Shown here one piece after another: positions 20,670-30,905 of a DNA stretch of 64,000 nt. The notes under the pieces were generated by a model, which saw only the letters and a program-made list of their open reading frames with translations, was not told the origin of the DNA and made no database searches. Every line of letters begins with the position of its first letter. The stretch's first letter is position 1. A program made the position numbers and the translations under genes. Source of the stretch: Campylobacterota bacterium (GTDB lineage Bacteria > Campylobacterota > Campylobacteria > Campylobacterales > Arcobacteraceae); contig JBNJFB010000001.1 of assembly GCA_051746405.1 (NCBI GenBank), positions 1-64,000 of the forward strand, given 5' to 3'.

Positions 20670-21418
20670 TGATATGCTTTAATTATAACTCCTGTACTAT
20701 CTGAGTTTGATTCTACAAAATAGTTAGTTGGAGTCAAAATAGTATTTTTACCACTTATTTGCTTTATTTTCCAAGTTAATTCTAAAACCCTATCTCTTGA
20801 TAATCCTCTAAGGGCATATTTTTTTAATCTACTCTCACTTGAATAGTTTTTTAAATCTATTTTATCTAATCCCTCAAACAGTGCTTTATCACCTTTTGAA
20901 ACCACAGGAATTATCTCAATTCTTAGAGCATTTTTATTATCTTTTAGAAACTTCTTAAGATTTAAGCTACATTTATTTGGAGGTTTAATAGCACCTATAT
21001 TATAGTCATAACAGTTTAGTTTATTTGATTTTCTACTATTGTAAAACTCATTAAACTTCTCTTTTGTTAGATTTTCATCTACTACTTTTACCTCTTTAAT
21101 AATCTCTTTTTCTTCAACTACTGTTTTTTCTTTGATTACTGTTTTTGGCTTTTGTTGTTTATTTATATTTTTTATATCTTCATTTAGCTGCTTTATTTGA
21201 TTGTTTTGGTTATAAATATAAAATAGTGAAATCAATAAAAGTAGTATTGTAACTACAAGTGCTATAAGAGTAATATTATTAGGTAACTTCTTTTTGATAT
21301 CAAAACTTTTTTCACTTCTTTGATTTGCTTTTGACTCTTCTTTGTACTGACTAAAATGGTCAGTACTAGCTGATTTTTTTAATAACTCTTTAATCTCTTC
21401 TTTTTTATTCTCTTCCAT
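20666..21418 (-). CDS. Hypothetical single-TM protein with coiled-coil stalk
   Basis: One TM (ITLIALVVTILLLLISLFYIY) followed by a charged extracytoplasmic domain. Confidence 0.65.
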   Translation of the reverse strand: MEENKKEEIKELLKKSASTDHFSQYKEESKANQRSEKSFDIKKKLPNNITLIALVVTILLLLISLFYIYNQNNQIKQLNEDIKNINKQQKPKTVIKEKTVVEEKEIIKEVKVVDENLTKEKFNEFYNSRKSNKLNCYDYNIGAIKPPNKCSLNLKKFLKDNKNALRIEIIPVVSKGDKALFEGLDKIDLKNYSSESRLKKYALRGLSRDRVLELTWKIKQISGKNTILTPTNYFVESNSDSTGVIIKAYH

Positions 21419-21420
21419 AA

Positions 21421-21858
21421 TTACTCTTTGTTTTTAATAAAAATATATAGTATAAGTGAAATGGTAGCTAAAAATAGTGGATAGAAAAATAAATAACTCT
21501 TTTTAATTATACTATTTTGGGAAATTCGTGATTTTTTTAACTTATTTTTATTATCCTCAACTTCTATAACTTTTTCTTGATTTGAATTTTCAGTTAAGAT
21601 GGTATAATCTTTTATATTTATACTTTTATCAATTACAACAGGTGATGCTAAGGCTATAATGCTAAATATTGCTATTAAATATTTTAATATTATGGCAGTA
21701 AAGTTTGATTTTTCACTTGCTTTATTATAAATATGCAAATGTGGAATTAAGTAAGATGCATTTTTTGCTTTACAAAAGATATTACAAAAAATAAAAAATG
21801 GTATTAATAAAAGTACAAATGGATACTCAAAGCTAATACTACTAAACATCAACCACAT
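21421..21858 (-). CDS. BatA-like protein lacking the vWA domain
   Basis: N-terminal FEYPFVLLLIP...IIALASP and C-terminal YLFFYPLFLA, only 145 aa. Confidence 0.65.
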   Translation of the reverse strand: MWLMFSSISFEYPFVLLLIPFFIFCNIFCKAKNASYLIPHLHIYNKASEKSNFTAIILKYLIAIFSIIALASPVVIDKSINIKDYTILTENSNQEKVIEVEDNKNKLKKSRISQNSIIKKSYLFFYPLFLATISLILYIFIKNKE

Positions 21859-22243
21859 CCAGAAAAGTACTTAGCATAGCTTTTGTTTTATTATCAATAC
21901 TGCTTACAACTTTTTTATATTTGTATTTTTCAAGATTTTCAATTAATTCACTAGCTAGTTTTTTCTCTGTATTTGTAGTTGCTAGTAGTCTTGCGTATTT
22001 TGTAATAGTATAAGCAGCTTTTTTTGGATTTTTAAAATCTATATTTTCAAGAGTGATATAGTATCTTTTTCTTGTACTTATTTTTCTATTTTTAAAGTAG
22101 TTTATTATAGATATTAGCATAATAGCTACTAACAGTATTAAAGCTATAATTAATCCAATAAAAAAGAATATTGAGTTATCAGGAATACTAACAATATCTT
22201 TTATATCATAAAGCTCTAAATTGTCTGTTTGTGCTTTATTCAT
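21842..22243 (-). CDS. Bat-operon membrane protein (DUF4381-like)
   Basis: LYDIKDIVSIPD followed by a TM; sits between DUF58 and batA. Confidence 0.6.
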   Translation of the reverse strand: MNKAQTDNLELYDIKDIVSIPDNSIFFFIGLIIALILLVAIMLISIINYFKNRKISTRKRYYITLENIDFKNPKKAAYTITKYARLLATTNTEKKLASELIENLEKYKYKKVVSSIDNKTKAMLSTFLDVVDV

Positions 22244-23073
22244 CTTAAAACTCCAATTAGTTTTTTTATTGGATTTTCATGGGTATATACTTTTGTAAAT
22301 CTTATACCACATTTTTGCAGATGATTATATAGTTTATGGTCATTTATTTTTATTTTTTGTTTATATGAATCAATAGTAGTTTTATCTAAAAAACCATCAA
22401 AATTTATACTTGAAACAGGGTCACAAAAGTTTACACTTCCAAGTTTTGGTGGATTCTCTTCAAAAATATCTCTTACTATTAATACAATTATTTCATGTTT
22501 TTTACTAAGTAGTCTTAAATCTAACTCTTTTATATCAAAAAAATCACCAATGAGAAAAATCACAGATTTATGGTGTATAGTTTTAAAAAGTTCATTTTGA
22601 ATAAGTTTATAATTGATATCTTTTTTTAGTACATCATACCAAAATAGCTTTTGTGCCATAAAATTTACACTGTAGATTTTTTTTGATTTTTTTGTACAAA
22701 GAGTTAATTCTTCATTTGCAATATATGATGTAAAGGGGTCATCTTGTTTTATACTAATAAAGCCAAGGGCACTTGCAAGCTCTACTATTAAATCTTTTTT
22801 TAATTTTTTTGTACCAAAGTAAACAGAGCCATTTAATAGGGTTACAATTTTTATATTTAACTGTTTTTGAGAGTGAAAAACCTTTATATATGGTTTTTGC
22901 ATTTTTGCAGTTATTACCCAGTCTATATTTTTAACATCTTGCCCATATTCATACTCTTTTAATTCACAAAAGTCATAACCCTCACCTTTGGCTTTTGAGA
23001 TGTTATTACCTATTATTTCAGAAAAGCTCTCTTTTTTTGTTTTAATAAGTATTTTTTTTAAAGCTTCATTCAT
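22240..23073 (-). CDS. DUF58 domain protein
   Basis: GEGYDFCELKEYEYGQDVKNIDW..TAK. Confidence 0.9.
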   Translation of the reverse strand: MNEALKKILIKTKKESFSEIIGNNISKAKGEGYDFCELKEYEYGQDVKNIDWVITAKMQKPYIKVFHSQKQLNIKIVTLLNGSVYFGTKKLKKDLIVELASALGFISIKQDDPFTSYIANEELTLCTKKSKKIYSVNFMAQKLFWYDVLKKDINYKLIQNELFKTIHHKSVIFLIGDFFDIKELDLRLLSKKHEIIVLIVRDIFEENPPKLGSVNFCDPVSSINFDGFLDKTTIDSYKQKIKINDHKLYNHLQKCGIRFTKVYTHENPIKKLIGVLR

Positions 23074-23076
23074 AAG

Positions 23077-24027
23077 TTATGGTAAATCTATTTTTTGGAT
23101 TATTTGTTGAATAATATCATCCACATCTATCTCTAAAGCTTGTGCTTCATAGGTTAGTATTACTCTATGTCTCAAAACATTTTTTATCATTAATGTCACA
23201 TCTAAAGGCGAAACATAGTCATTGCCTCTTAAGTAAGCACTTGCTTTAACCGCTTTAAACATATCTATAGTAGCTCTTGGACTTGCTCCAAAATGTATAT
23301 AATCACTTATTTCATTTAAATCATAATCTTGTGGATTTCTAGTAGCACAAATAATATCAACTATATACTCTTCTAACTCTTTGTCTATATGAATATCTTT
23401 TATTTCATCTTTTATTTTTAATAGGGTTTGTTCATCTATAGTTTTTTCTATTTTTTCAAAAGAGTCCATTGTAGCTTTTTTGGCTATTTCATACTCTTGT
23501 TGTTTAGTATTGTAACCCACTACAATTTTAAACATAAATCTATCAAGTTGTGCTTCAGGTAGGCTATAAGCACCTTCTTGTTCTATTGGATTTTGAGTTG
23601 CCAAAACTAAAAATGGCTTTTTTATATCAAAAGTATAATCTGCAATGGTAACTTGCTTTTCTTGCATAGCTTCTAAAAGTGCTGATTGAACTTTTGCAGG
23701 TGCTCTGTTTATTTCATCTGCTAGTAAAAGGTTTGTAAATATTGGACCTTTTTTTATCTTAAACTCTTGATTTTTCATATCATAGAGTTGTACACCTAAA
23801 ATATCACTTGGTAATAAATCAGGTGTAAATTGAACTCTTTTAAAGTTTAAATCAACTGTATTAGCAACTGCTTTTACAGTTGTAGTTTTTGCAAGACCTG
23901 GAACTCCCTCTAAGAGAATGTGTCCATCTGTAAAAAGTCCAATTAAGATAGCATCGACCATCTGTTCTTGACCTATTACTACTTTTGAAATCTCATTTTT
24001 TATATTTAAAATTATACTACTAGACAT
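23077..24027 (-). CDS. moxR: MoxR-family AAA+ ATPase
   Basis: EGVPGLAKT, RVQFTPDLLPSD, DEINRA, ATQNPIEQEG, LPEAQLDRF. Confidence 0.95.
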   Translation of the reverse strand: MSSSIILNIKNEISKVVIGQEQMVDAILIGLFTDGHILLEGVPGLAKTTTVKAVANTVDLNFKRVQFTPDLLPSDILGVQLYDMKNQEFKIKKGPIFTNLLLADEINRAPAKVQSALLEAMQEKQVTIADYTFDIKKPFLVLATQNPIEQEGAYSLPEAQLDRFMFKIVVGYNTKQQEYEIAKKATMDSFEKIEKTIDEQTLLKIKDEIKDIHIDKELEEYIVDIICATRNPQDYDLNEISDYIHFGASPRATIDMFKAVKASAYLRGNDYVSPLDVTLMIKNVLRHRVILTYEAQALEIDVDDIIQQIIQKIDLP

Positions 24028-24081
24028 TTGTTTTTCTTTAATCTGTTTTTTCTATTCTAGCAAAAGAGTTATAAATGAAGT

Positions 24082-24963
24082 TTAAAAAAACTCTTTTAAC
24101 TCTTTGATAACATCTTTTGGTTTCTCTTCTGGTAAGAAGTGTCCACAATCTAATGTTTTACCATTTACACTATTAGCATACTCCTGCCAAACATTTATTA
24201 CGTTGTAGGTTTTATTAATAAATCCTTTTTTGCCCCATAAAACTAAAATAGGCATATTAATCTTTCTTTTTTTATCCTCTAAATCATGAACCAAATCAAT
24301 TGAAGCAGCCGCTCTATAATCTTCACAACTTCCATGAATTGTTGCTTTATCAAAACATTTTATATACTCATTAACTGCATCTTTGTCAAATTTTTTATCA
24401 AACTTCACATCATTTGCACTCCACCTTTTGAGCTTCTCTTTTAAATAGTATGTGGGGTTTTTGCTAATTAATTTTTCAGGCAGATTATTTGGCTGTATTA
24501 AAAAAAACCAATGATAATATCCTGTTGCAAATAACTGATTAGTATTTTTAAACATGTGATAGGTGGGTACAATGTCCATAAAGCAAGCTTTTAAAACTCT
24601 ACTTTCAAAATCTAAGCATAGCCTATGAGCAACCCTAGCTCCTCTATCATGACCTGCAATATAAAACTTATCAAATCCTAAGTAATCAATTAGTTCTATC
24701 ATATCTTTCGCCATTGTTTTTTTTGAATAGTTTTCATGATTACTTAAGCCTTTTGGCTTAGAGCTTTTTCCATAACCTCTTAAATCAGGACAGATTACAT
24801 AGTATGACTTTGATAATTTCTTTACAACCTTATGCCACATAATATGAGTTTGTGGATATCCATGAATTAAAAGAAGAGCAGGGCCATTTCCTCCATGTCT
24901 ACAGTTTATTTTTATATCATTGACTTTGACTTTCTCTTTTTTAAACTTCTTAGAAAATAGCAT
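24082..24963 (-). CDS. Alpha/beta hydrolase, fluoroacetate (haloacetate) dehalogenase-like
   Basis: HGYPQ, GHDRGAR, YHWFF, CEDYRA, GHFLPEE. Confidence 0.8.
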   Translation of the reverse strand: MLFSKKFKKEKVKVNDIKINCRHGGNGPALLLIHGYPQTHIMWHKVVKKLSKSYYVICPDLRGYGKSSKPKGLSNHENYSKKTMAKDMIELIDYLGFDKFYIAGHDRGARVAHRLCLDFESRVLKACFMDIVPTYHMFKNTNQLFATGYYHWFFLIQPNNLPEKLISKNPTYYLKEKLKRWSANDVKFDKKFDKDAVNEYIKCFDKATIHGSCEDYRAAASIDLVHDLEDKKRKINMPILVLWGKKGFINKTYNVINVWQEYANSVNGKTLDCGHFLPEEKPKDVIKELKEFF

Positions 24964-25044
24964 AATAATCCTTTTTTAAAATTTTACTTAAAGCTTGATT
25001 AAAGTTATTTTAGATAAAATCACGATTCTAATTTTAATTAGAAA

Positions 25045-25125
25045 TGTCGCATGTGTCAATATCCTGTTCTGGGTTGTGCTGGAGTTTTCAGGCATTAAGG
25101 GGCACAGAGGCAAAACCCAAGTGAA
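25045..25125 (+). promoter_or_regulatory. Structured rpsB 5' leader (probable S2 autoregulatory element)
   Basis: GC-rich stretch in the UTR with GGGTTG...AAACCC pairing, downstream of TAAAAT at 25015-25020. Confidence 0.55.
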
Positions 25126-25146
25126 AAATATTCAAGGAGAATACTT

Positions 25147-25947
25147 ATGGTAACAATGAAAGACTTATTAGAGTGTGGTGTACACTTCGGACACCAAACA
25201 AGAAGATGGAATCCAAAAATGAAAAAGTTTATTTTTGGTGTAAGAAAAAATATCTATATTATTGACTTACAAAAGACTTTAAGATACTTTAGATATACAT
25301 ATAATGTAGTTAGAGATAAAGCTGCTGAGGGTCAAACTGTAATGTTTGTTGGTACTAAAAAGCAAGCTAGTGAAGCTGTTAGAAAAGCTGCTGAGTCTTG
25401 TGATATGCCATTTGTTAATCATAGATGGTTAGGTGGAATGTTAACAAACTACGGAACTATCAAAAGATCAATTAGAAAATTAGAAATTATTAAAAAAATG
25501 AAAGAAGAGGGGCAGTTTGACCTTCTAACTAAAAAAGAAGCTTTAATGCTAACAAGAAAAGAGCAAAAATTAGAGTTATATCTAGGTGGTATTAAAAATA
25601 TGACTAGATTACCTGATATTATGTTTGTAATTGATGCTGTTAAAGAAAAGATTGCTATTAAAGAAGCAAGAAGATTAGGAATTACAGTTATTGCACCTTT
25701 AGATACAAACTGTGACCCAGATTTAGTTGATTATGCAATTCCTGGAAATGATGATGCGATTAGATCAATTCAACTATTTTGTAATGAAATGGCAGCAGCA
25801 ATCAATGAAGGTAAAGCAGCTTTAGCAGATGAGCAAGGTCAAGAAGAAGAGGTTTCTAGCCAAGAAGCTAAAGAAGTTGTAGCAGAAGCAGTAACTGAGG
25901 GTGAAGCTGATGCAAATAATGAAAAAGAAAAATCAGAGGAAGCATAA
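25147..25947 (+). CDS. rpsB: 30S ribosomal protein S2
   Basis: [33 protein letters not shown]. Confidence 0.99.
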   Translation: MVTMKDLLECGVHFGHQTRRWNPKMKKFIFGVRKNIYIIDLQKTLRYFRYTYNVVRDKAAEGQTVMFVGTKKQASEAVRKAAESCDMPFVNHRWLGGMLTNYGTIKRSIRKLEIIKKMKEEGQFDLLTKKEALMLTRKEQKLELYLGGIKNMTRLPDIMFVIDAVKEKIAIKEARRLGITVIAPLDTNCDPDLVDYAIPGNDDAIRSIQLFCNEMAAAINEGKAALADEQGQEEEVSSQEAKEVVAEAVTEGEADANNEKEKSEEA

Positions 25948-25949
25948 TT

Positions 25950-26999
25950 ATGGCAGGAGCAACTCCAAAATTAATTAAACAATTAAGAGAAATGACAGGT
26001 GCAGGTATGCTTGATTGTAAGAAAGCTTTAAATGAGACTGAGGGTGATTTAGATAAAGCTGTTCAGTTTTTAAGAGAGGCTGGATTAGGTAAAGCAGCTA
26101 AAAAAGCTGGTAACTTAGCTGCTGAGGGATTAATCTCTATTTTAGTAAATGATGATAATACTAAAGGTACTATGTTAGAGTTAAACTCGCAAACAGATTT
26201 TGTTGCAAAAAATGATAATTTTATTGCTTTAACAAATGAAATTACTAAGCATGCACAAGATAATAAAATTGCTGATGCTGAAGCTTTAGCTGCTTCAACT
26301 ATAAATGGTCAAGATTTCCCAACATTTTTAAATGAAAAAATTGCAGTAATAGGTGAGAACCTTGTTGCAAGAAAATTAGCAAATGTTGAAGGTCAAGTTG
26401 TAAATGGTTATGTTCACGCAACTGGTAAAGTTGGTGTTTTATTATCTGCTACTTGTGATAGTGGTGCTGAAGAAAAAACTGCAGCATTATTAAAAAATAT
26501 TGCAATGCACGCATCTGCTATGAAACCAACAGTTATTTCATATAAAGACTTAGATCCAAAGTTTGTAGAAGATGAAACAAGAGCTATTAGAGCTGAAATT
26601 GAAGCTGATAATGATGAACTTGAAAGATTAGGTAAACCTTTAAAAAATATTCCTGATTATGTTTCAAGATCTCAACTTACAGATGAAGCTATTGCTAATG
26701 CAAAAGCTCAATTTGAAGCTGAGTTAAAAGAGCAAGGAAAACCTGAAAAAATTTGGGATAGAATTATTCCAGGTAAACTAGAGAGATATATTCAAGATAA
26801 TACTCAACTAGATGGTAGACTTGCACTTTTATCTCAAAACTATGTTATGGATGATAAAAAGACAGTACAACAAGCAATTGATGAACTAAGTGGATCTATT
26901 GAAATAGTAGATTATGTTAGATTTGAGCTTGGTGAAGGTATTGAAAAGCAAGAAGAAGAAGATTTTGCAGCAGAAGTTGCAAAACAAATGGGTAAATAG
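25950..26999 (+). CDS. tsf: Elongation factor Ts
   Basis: LREMTGAGMLDCKKAL, TDFVAKN, RFELGEGIEK. Confidence 0.98.
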   Translation: MAGATPKLIKQLREMTGAGMLDCKKALNETEGDLDKAVQFLREAGLGKAAKKAGNLAAEGLISILVNDDNTKGTMLELNSQTDFVAKNDNFIALTNEITKHAQDNKIADAEALAASTINGQDFPTFLNEKIAVIGENLVARKLANVEGQVVNGYVHATGKVGVLLSATCDSGAEEKTAALLKNIAMHASAMKPTVISYKDLDPKFVEDETRAIRAEIEADNDELERLGKPLKNIPDYVSRSQLTDEAIANAKAQFEAELKEQGKPEKIWDRIIPGKLERYIQDNTQLDGRLALLSQNYVMDDKKTVQQAIDELSGSIEIVDYVRFELGEGIEKQEEEDFAAEVAKQMGK

Positions 27000-27033
27000 A
27001 AATTTTTAATTTAAGTAATAAAAAGGAAGTATA

Positions 27034-27714
27034 ATGAAGAGTGTAAAACAAGAAGATACACTCTCTTGTACTTCTTTACTTGAAGCTACAAACTTAGCTC
27101 ATAACTTTGATTATGAGTTATATTCAAATATAAATCTTACTTTAAACTCTCAAGAAACTATTGCTATAATAGGTACAAGTGGTAGTGGGAAATCTACTTT
27201 TTTAAACAATTTGTCATCTTTACTTAAACCTTGTGAGGGCGAGGTTGTTTACAATAAAAAAAATATATATAACTTAAAACAAAAAGAGCTTTTAAATATT
27301 AGAAGAGAAGAATTTGGTATAATATTCCAAGCTCACTATTTGTTTAGGGGATTTAGTGCAAATGAGAATTTAGAAGTTGCAAAACTTTTAAGTAAAAACC
27401 AGATTGATAAAGAGTTATTAAAAAGTTTAAATATTGACTATGTGTTAAATCAAAGTGTTGGACAGTTAAGTGGCGGACAACAGCAAAGATTGTCAATAGC
27501 TAGAGTTTTAACAAAAAAACCAAAAATTATTTTTGCAGATGAGCCAACTGGAAATCTTGATAAGGACACGGCTTTAAATGTAATGGGTACACTTTTTAAT
27601 TATGTTAAAGAAAACAACGCAGGTTTAATACTTGTAACACATGAAAATGAGTTAGCAATGATGTGTGATAGGGTATATAAACTTGAAGATTATAAACTGC
27701 AGGAGCTAAAGTGA
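27034..27714 (+). CDS. ABC transporter ATP-binding protein (LolD-like)
   Basis: GTSGSGKS, LSGGQQQR, ADEPTGNLD. Confidence 0.9.
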   Translation: MKSVKQEDTLSCTSLLEATNLAHNFDYELYSNINLTLNSQETIAIIGTSGSGKSTFLNNLSSLLKPCEGEVVYNKKNIYNLKQKELLNIRREEFGIIFQAHYLFRGFSANENLEVAKLLSKNQIDKELLKSLNIDYVLNQSVGQLSGGQQQRLSIARVLTKKPKIIFADEPTGNLDKDTALNVMGTLFNYVKENNAGLILVTHENELAMMCDRVYKLEDYKLQELK

Positions 27715-28547
27715 ATTTATTATTGATATGTGATACAGCAATAATAGAACAGATTTTTTCACTTGTGTGTAAAAAACTGAACTTAGAATTAACTATAAAA
27801 GACAGTACAAATGTAAATGAAAATTATGATTTGATTGTTGTTGACCAAAGTTTTATTGATGATAAATTTAACATAATTAAACAGTTTTCAAAAAAACTAG
27901 GTGCTATTTCAAGTGAAGAGTTACCATTTGATAAATCAAGGGATTTTTTAATACCAAGGCCTTTTTTACCAACAAAACTTCAAGAGCTTTTAAAAGATGA
28001 GCTTGAAAATATAAAAGAAGAACAAAAAATACAAGAGCAGCAAACATACAGTACAATAAATCATAATAATTTTTCACAAGATGAGTATATGGAAGATGAT
28101 GAGGTAACTATACCTGTTACAAACTATGTGGAGTCATTAGCTGATAATGTTTATTCAGATATTGAAGATGAAAATGATGAGAGCATTGTAAATATTGCTA
28201 CACTAAAAGGTGGTGGTGTTCTTGATAATGGAGAGTTATCTAAAATTGATACAATTTTAAGAGAGGACAATATTAAACAAGAGCTTGAGTCTATGAATCA
28301 AGAAGATTGGAAAGATATAAATGATATCATTGATGATGCACTAGATGAAGTTAAAGATTATGAGTTTACTTTAGATAAGGGTCAAGGTAAATCTGAGATT
28401 TTACCATATAAGCTTGTCTTAAATAAATATAATATAGATGAGTTAAAACCCTTATTGCAAAAGTTTAATCAAGATGTTATAGATAAGCTTTCAAGTGGTG
28501 ATAGTGTTGATGTTAGATTAGTTTTAAAGGACGAGCAAAGTGAATAA
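27711..28547 (+). CDS. Highly acidic protein with a pseudo-receiver N-terminus
   Basis: GTG start; YDLIVVD and RPFLP receiver-like motifs; D/E-rich remainder. Confidence 0.65.
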   Translation: MNLLLICDTAIIEQIFSLVCKKLNLELTIKDSTNVNENYDLIVVDQSFIDDKFNIIKQFSKKLGAISSEELPFDKSRDFLIPRPFLPTKLQELLKDELENIKEEQKIQEQQTYSTINHNNFSQDEYMEDDEVTIPVTNYVESLADNVYSDIEDENDESIVNIATLKGGGVLDNGELSKIDTILREDNIKQELESMNQEDWKDINDIIDDALDEVKDYEFTLDKGQGKSEILPYKLVLNKYNIDELKPLLQKFNQDVIDKLSSGDSVDVRLVLKDEQSE

Positions 28548-29157
28548 TAAAGGTGCTATTTTAATACTCTCAGGACCTAGTGGCTGTGGAAAATCAACCC
28601 TATTAAAAGAGGTTTATAAACATATTGAAGACTATTTTTTCTCAATTTCAACCACTACAAGAGAGCCAAGATTAGGTGAAAAAGATGGTGTTGATTACTT
28701 TTTTGTTACTAAACAAGAGTTTGAAGATGGAATAAAAGCAGGTGAGTTTTTAGAGTATGCAAATGTTCATGGAAACTATTATGGTACTTCTTTAAAGCCT
28801 ATTAATAAAGCTTTAGATGAGGGTAAGCTTGTGATATTTGATATAGATGTGCAAGGACATAAGCTAGTAAGGCAAAGCTCATTAAGCAAAAAGGTAACTT
28901 CTGTATTTATTACTACACCAAATTTAAATGAGCTTAAAAATAGACTAAATAGTAGAGCCACAGATAGCAGTGATGTTATACAAAAAAGAATAGAAAATGC
29001 AAAAGAGGAGATAAACTCTTTTGATAAGTATGACTATTTTATAGTAAATGATGATTTGCAAGATGCTTCAAACCAGTTGGTTTGTATAGCAACTATTGCA
29101 AGAAGAAAAGCAAAGCTTTTCAATAAAGATAGTATAGTATCAAACTGGCTTAAGTAG
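28540..29157 (+). CDS. gmk: Guanylate kinase
   Basis: GPSGCGKST, TTREPRLGEKDGVDY, YYGT. Confidence 0.97.
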   Translation: MNNKGAILILSGPSGCGKSTLLKEVYKHIEDYFFSISTTTREPRLGEKDGVDYFFVTKQEFEDGIKAGEFLEYANVHGNYYGTSLKPINKALDEGKLVIFDIDVQGHKLVRQSSLSKKVTSVFITTPNLNELKNRLNSRATDSSDVIQKRIENAKEEINSFDKYDYFIVNDDLQDASNQLVCIATIARRKAKLFNKDSIVSNWLK

Positions 29158-29164
29158 GCTACTG

Positions 29165-30790
29165 CTACTTAACGCTATTGTAGTTTATAGGTCTTTCAAA
29201 GTAGTAACCCTGACAATAGTCTATTCCTAACTCTTTTATTTTTTCATATATCTCTTCTTTTGATACAAACTCTGCTACAGTTTTTACACCAAACTCTTTT
29301 GAGAAGTTTGCAATAGTAGTTACAATTATTTCTAAATCTTTTGAGGTATTAATATTCTCTATTAAAGAACCATCAATTTTAACAAAGTCTATATTAAGTA
29401 GTGTAAGTAGATTAAAGTTTGAATAACCAGCACCAAAGTCATCAACTCCAACTTGACAATCAAACTTCCTAACATTTGAGATAAATTTAGTAACTTCATC
29501 AAAATCTGAAATCTCTTCTGATTCTAGAATTTCAAACTCTAAAAGATGGGAATAATCTCTATTTTTTTCCAAAATATCATAGATGAATGCAGTTGTTTCA
29601 CTATTTGAAATGTCATCAAATGATATATTTACAGATACTCTTTTACTCTTTTCTTTTATTAATTTAAATGAATCATTTATAACTATCTTAATAATATTTG
29701 GATAAAGCTTAGTTCTCTTTGCCACATCTAAAAACTTAAAAGGTGAAATCTCATCACCCTCTTTAGTAACATATCGAATCAAAGCTTCATATTTATAAAT
29801 CTCTTTTGTGTAGCTATCAACAATTGGCTGAAAATATGCTTGGAAAAGATTCTCTTTAAATCCAATTTTTACTTGCTTAACCCATTTGATATTCTCTTCA
29901 AATGACTCTTGAATATTAAATGAATCATCATAAATCATAATTCTTTGCATTTTACTTCTTGCATAGTTAATAACTCTTTGTGAGTATTTAAATGCCATTG
30001 AGCCATTACCTTTTGCAATTCCTATAGTTACATTTATATCTATCTCATCTTCATTTATATATAAAGAGTCTTTTTCTATTTTATCTGCAAAAGATTTACA
30101 AAGTTCATAGAAATCATTTACATCAAGATTAGTATCTTTTGATACAATTGCAAATTTATCAGCTTCAATTCTATATATTTTAAAATTTTCATTATCAAAG
30201 TGAGATTTTATAGCTTTTGCTAATTCACTTAAGATAATATCTCCATTCTTTTCCCCAAATAAATCATTTATTGTTGAAAAATCATCAATATCAAGTAATG
30301 CCATGAGATCATCTTGGGTATTTTCTAAATCTTTTTTAAGTCTATTTCTATTTGGTAAGTTTGTTAATTTATCAATATATAAATCTTTTAACTCATGATA
30401 AAGTAAAGATTGAGACATCGTTTGAAGGAGTTTAGAAATATCTATTGGTTTTAAAACATATTTATCAACACCTATATCAATTGCTTCAAGCAAATACTCT
30501 TTATTTGAAAAGGCAGTTGCTACAATAATAGGTATATTCATGTTTATCTTTTTTATCTCTTTTACCATGTCAAGACCATTCATATTTGGCATATTAACGT
30601 CTGTGATGATTAAGTCAATCTCATCTTGATTTTGAATAAAAAGATCAAGACCCTCTTGACCATCTTTTGCAATAAACTGCTTCTTTGTAAAACCTTGAAG
30701 AATCTGACTTGTTACTGTTCTTAAGTCTTTTTCATCCTCTGCATAAAGAATTGTTATGTTTTTTAGTATTGAAATATTGTTATTTACCAT
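29165..30790 (-). CDS. Receiver-GGDEF(degenerate)-EAL protein, probable c-di-GMP phosphodiesterase
   Basis: REC (AEDE, TDVNMP, KP); GGDEF position reads EADKF; intact EALIR and DDFGAGYS. Confidence 0.88.
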   Translation of the reverse strand: MVNNNISILKNITILYAEDEKDLRTVTSQILQGFTKKQFIAKDGQEGLDLFIQNQDEIDLIITDVNMPNMNGLDMVKEIKKINMNIPIIVATAFSNKEYLLEAIDIGVDKYVLKPIDISKLLQTMSQSLLYHELKDLYIDKLTNLPNRNRLKKDLENTQDDLMALLDIDDFSTINDLFGEKNGDIILSELAKAIKSHFDNENFKIYRIEADKFAIVSKDTNLDVNDFYELCKSFADKIEKDSLYINEDEIDINVTIGIAKGNGSMAFKYSQRVINYARSKMQRIMIYDDSFNIQESFEENIKWVKQVKIGFKENLFQAYFQPIVDSYTKEIYKYEALIRYVTKEGDEISPFKFLDVAKRTKLYPNIIKIVINDSFKLIKEKSKRVSVNISFDDISNSETTAFIYDILEKNRDYSHLLEFEILESEEISDFDEVTKFISNVRKFDCQVGVDDFGAGYSNFNLLTLLNIDFVKIDGSLIENINTSKDLEIIVTTIANFSKEFGVKTVAEFVSKEEIYEKIKELGIDYCQGYYFERPINYNSVK

Positions 30791-30905
30791 TAAGAATCAC
30801 TCCATAAATATTACGATATAATATCATAAATAGCTATAAAGTTAATTAATTTAAAGAATTATTTATAAATGAATAAAATTATTTTTAGAAAGTGAGTGAA
30901 AATTA

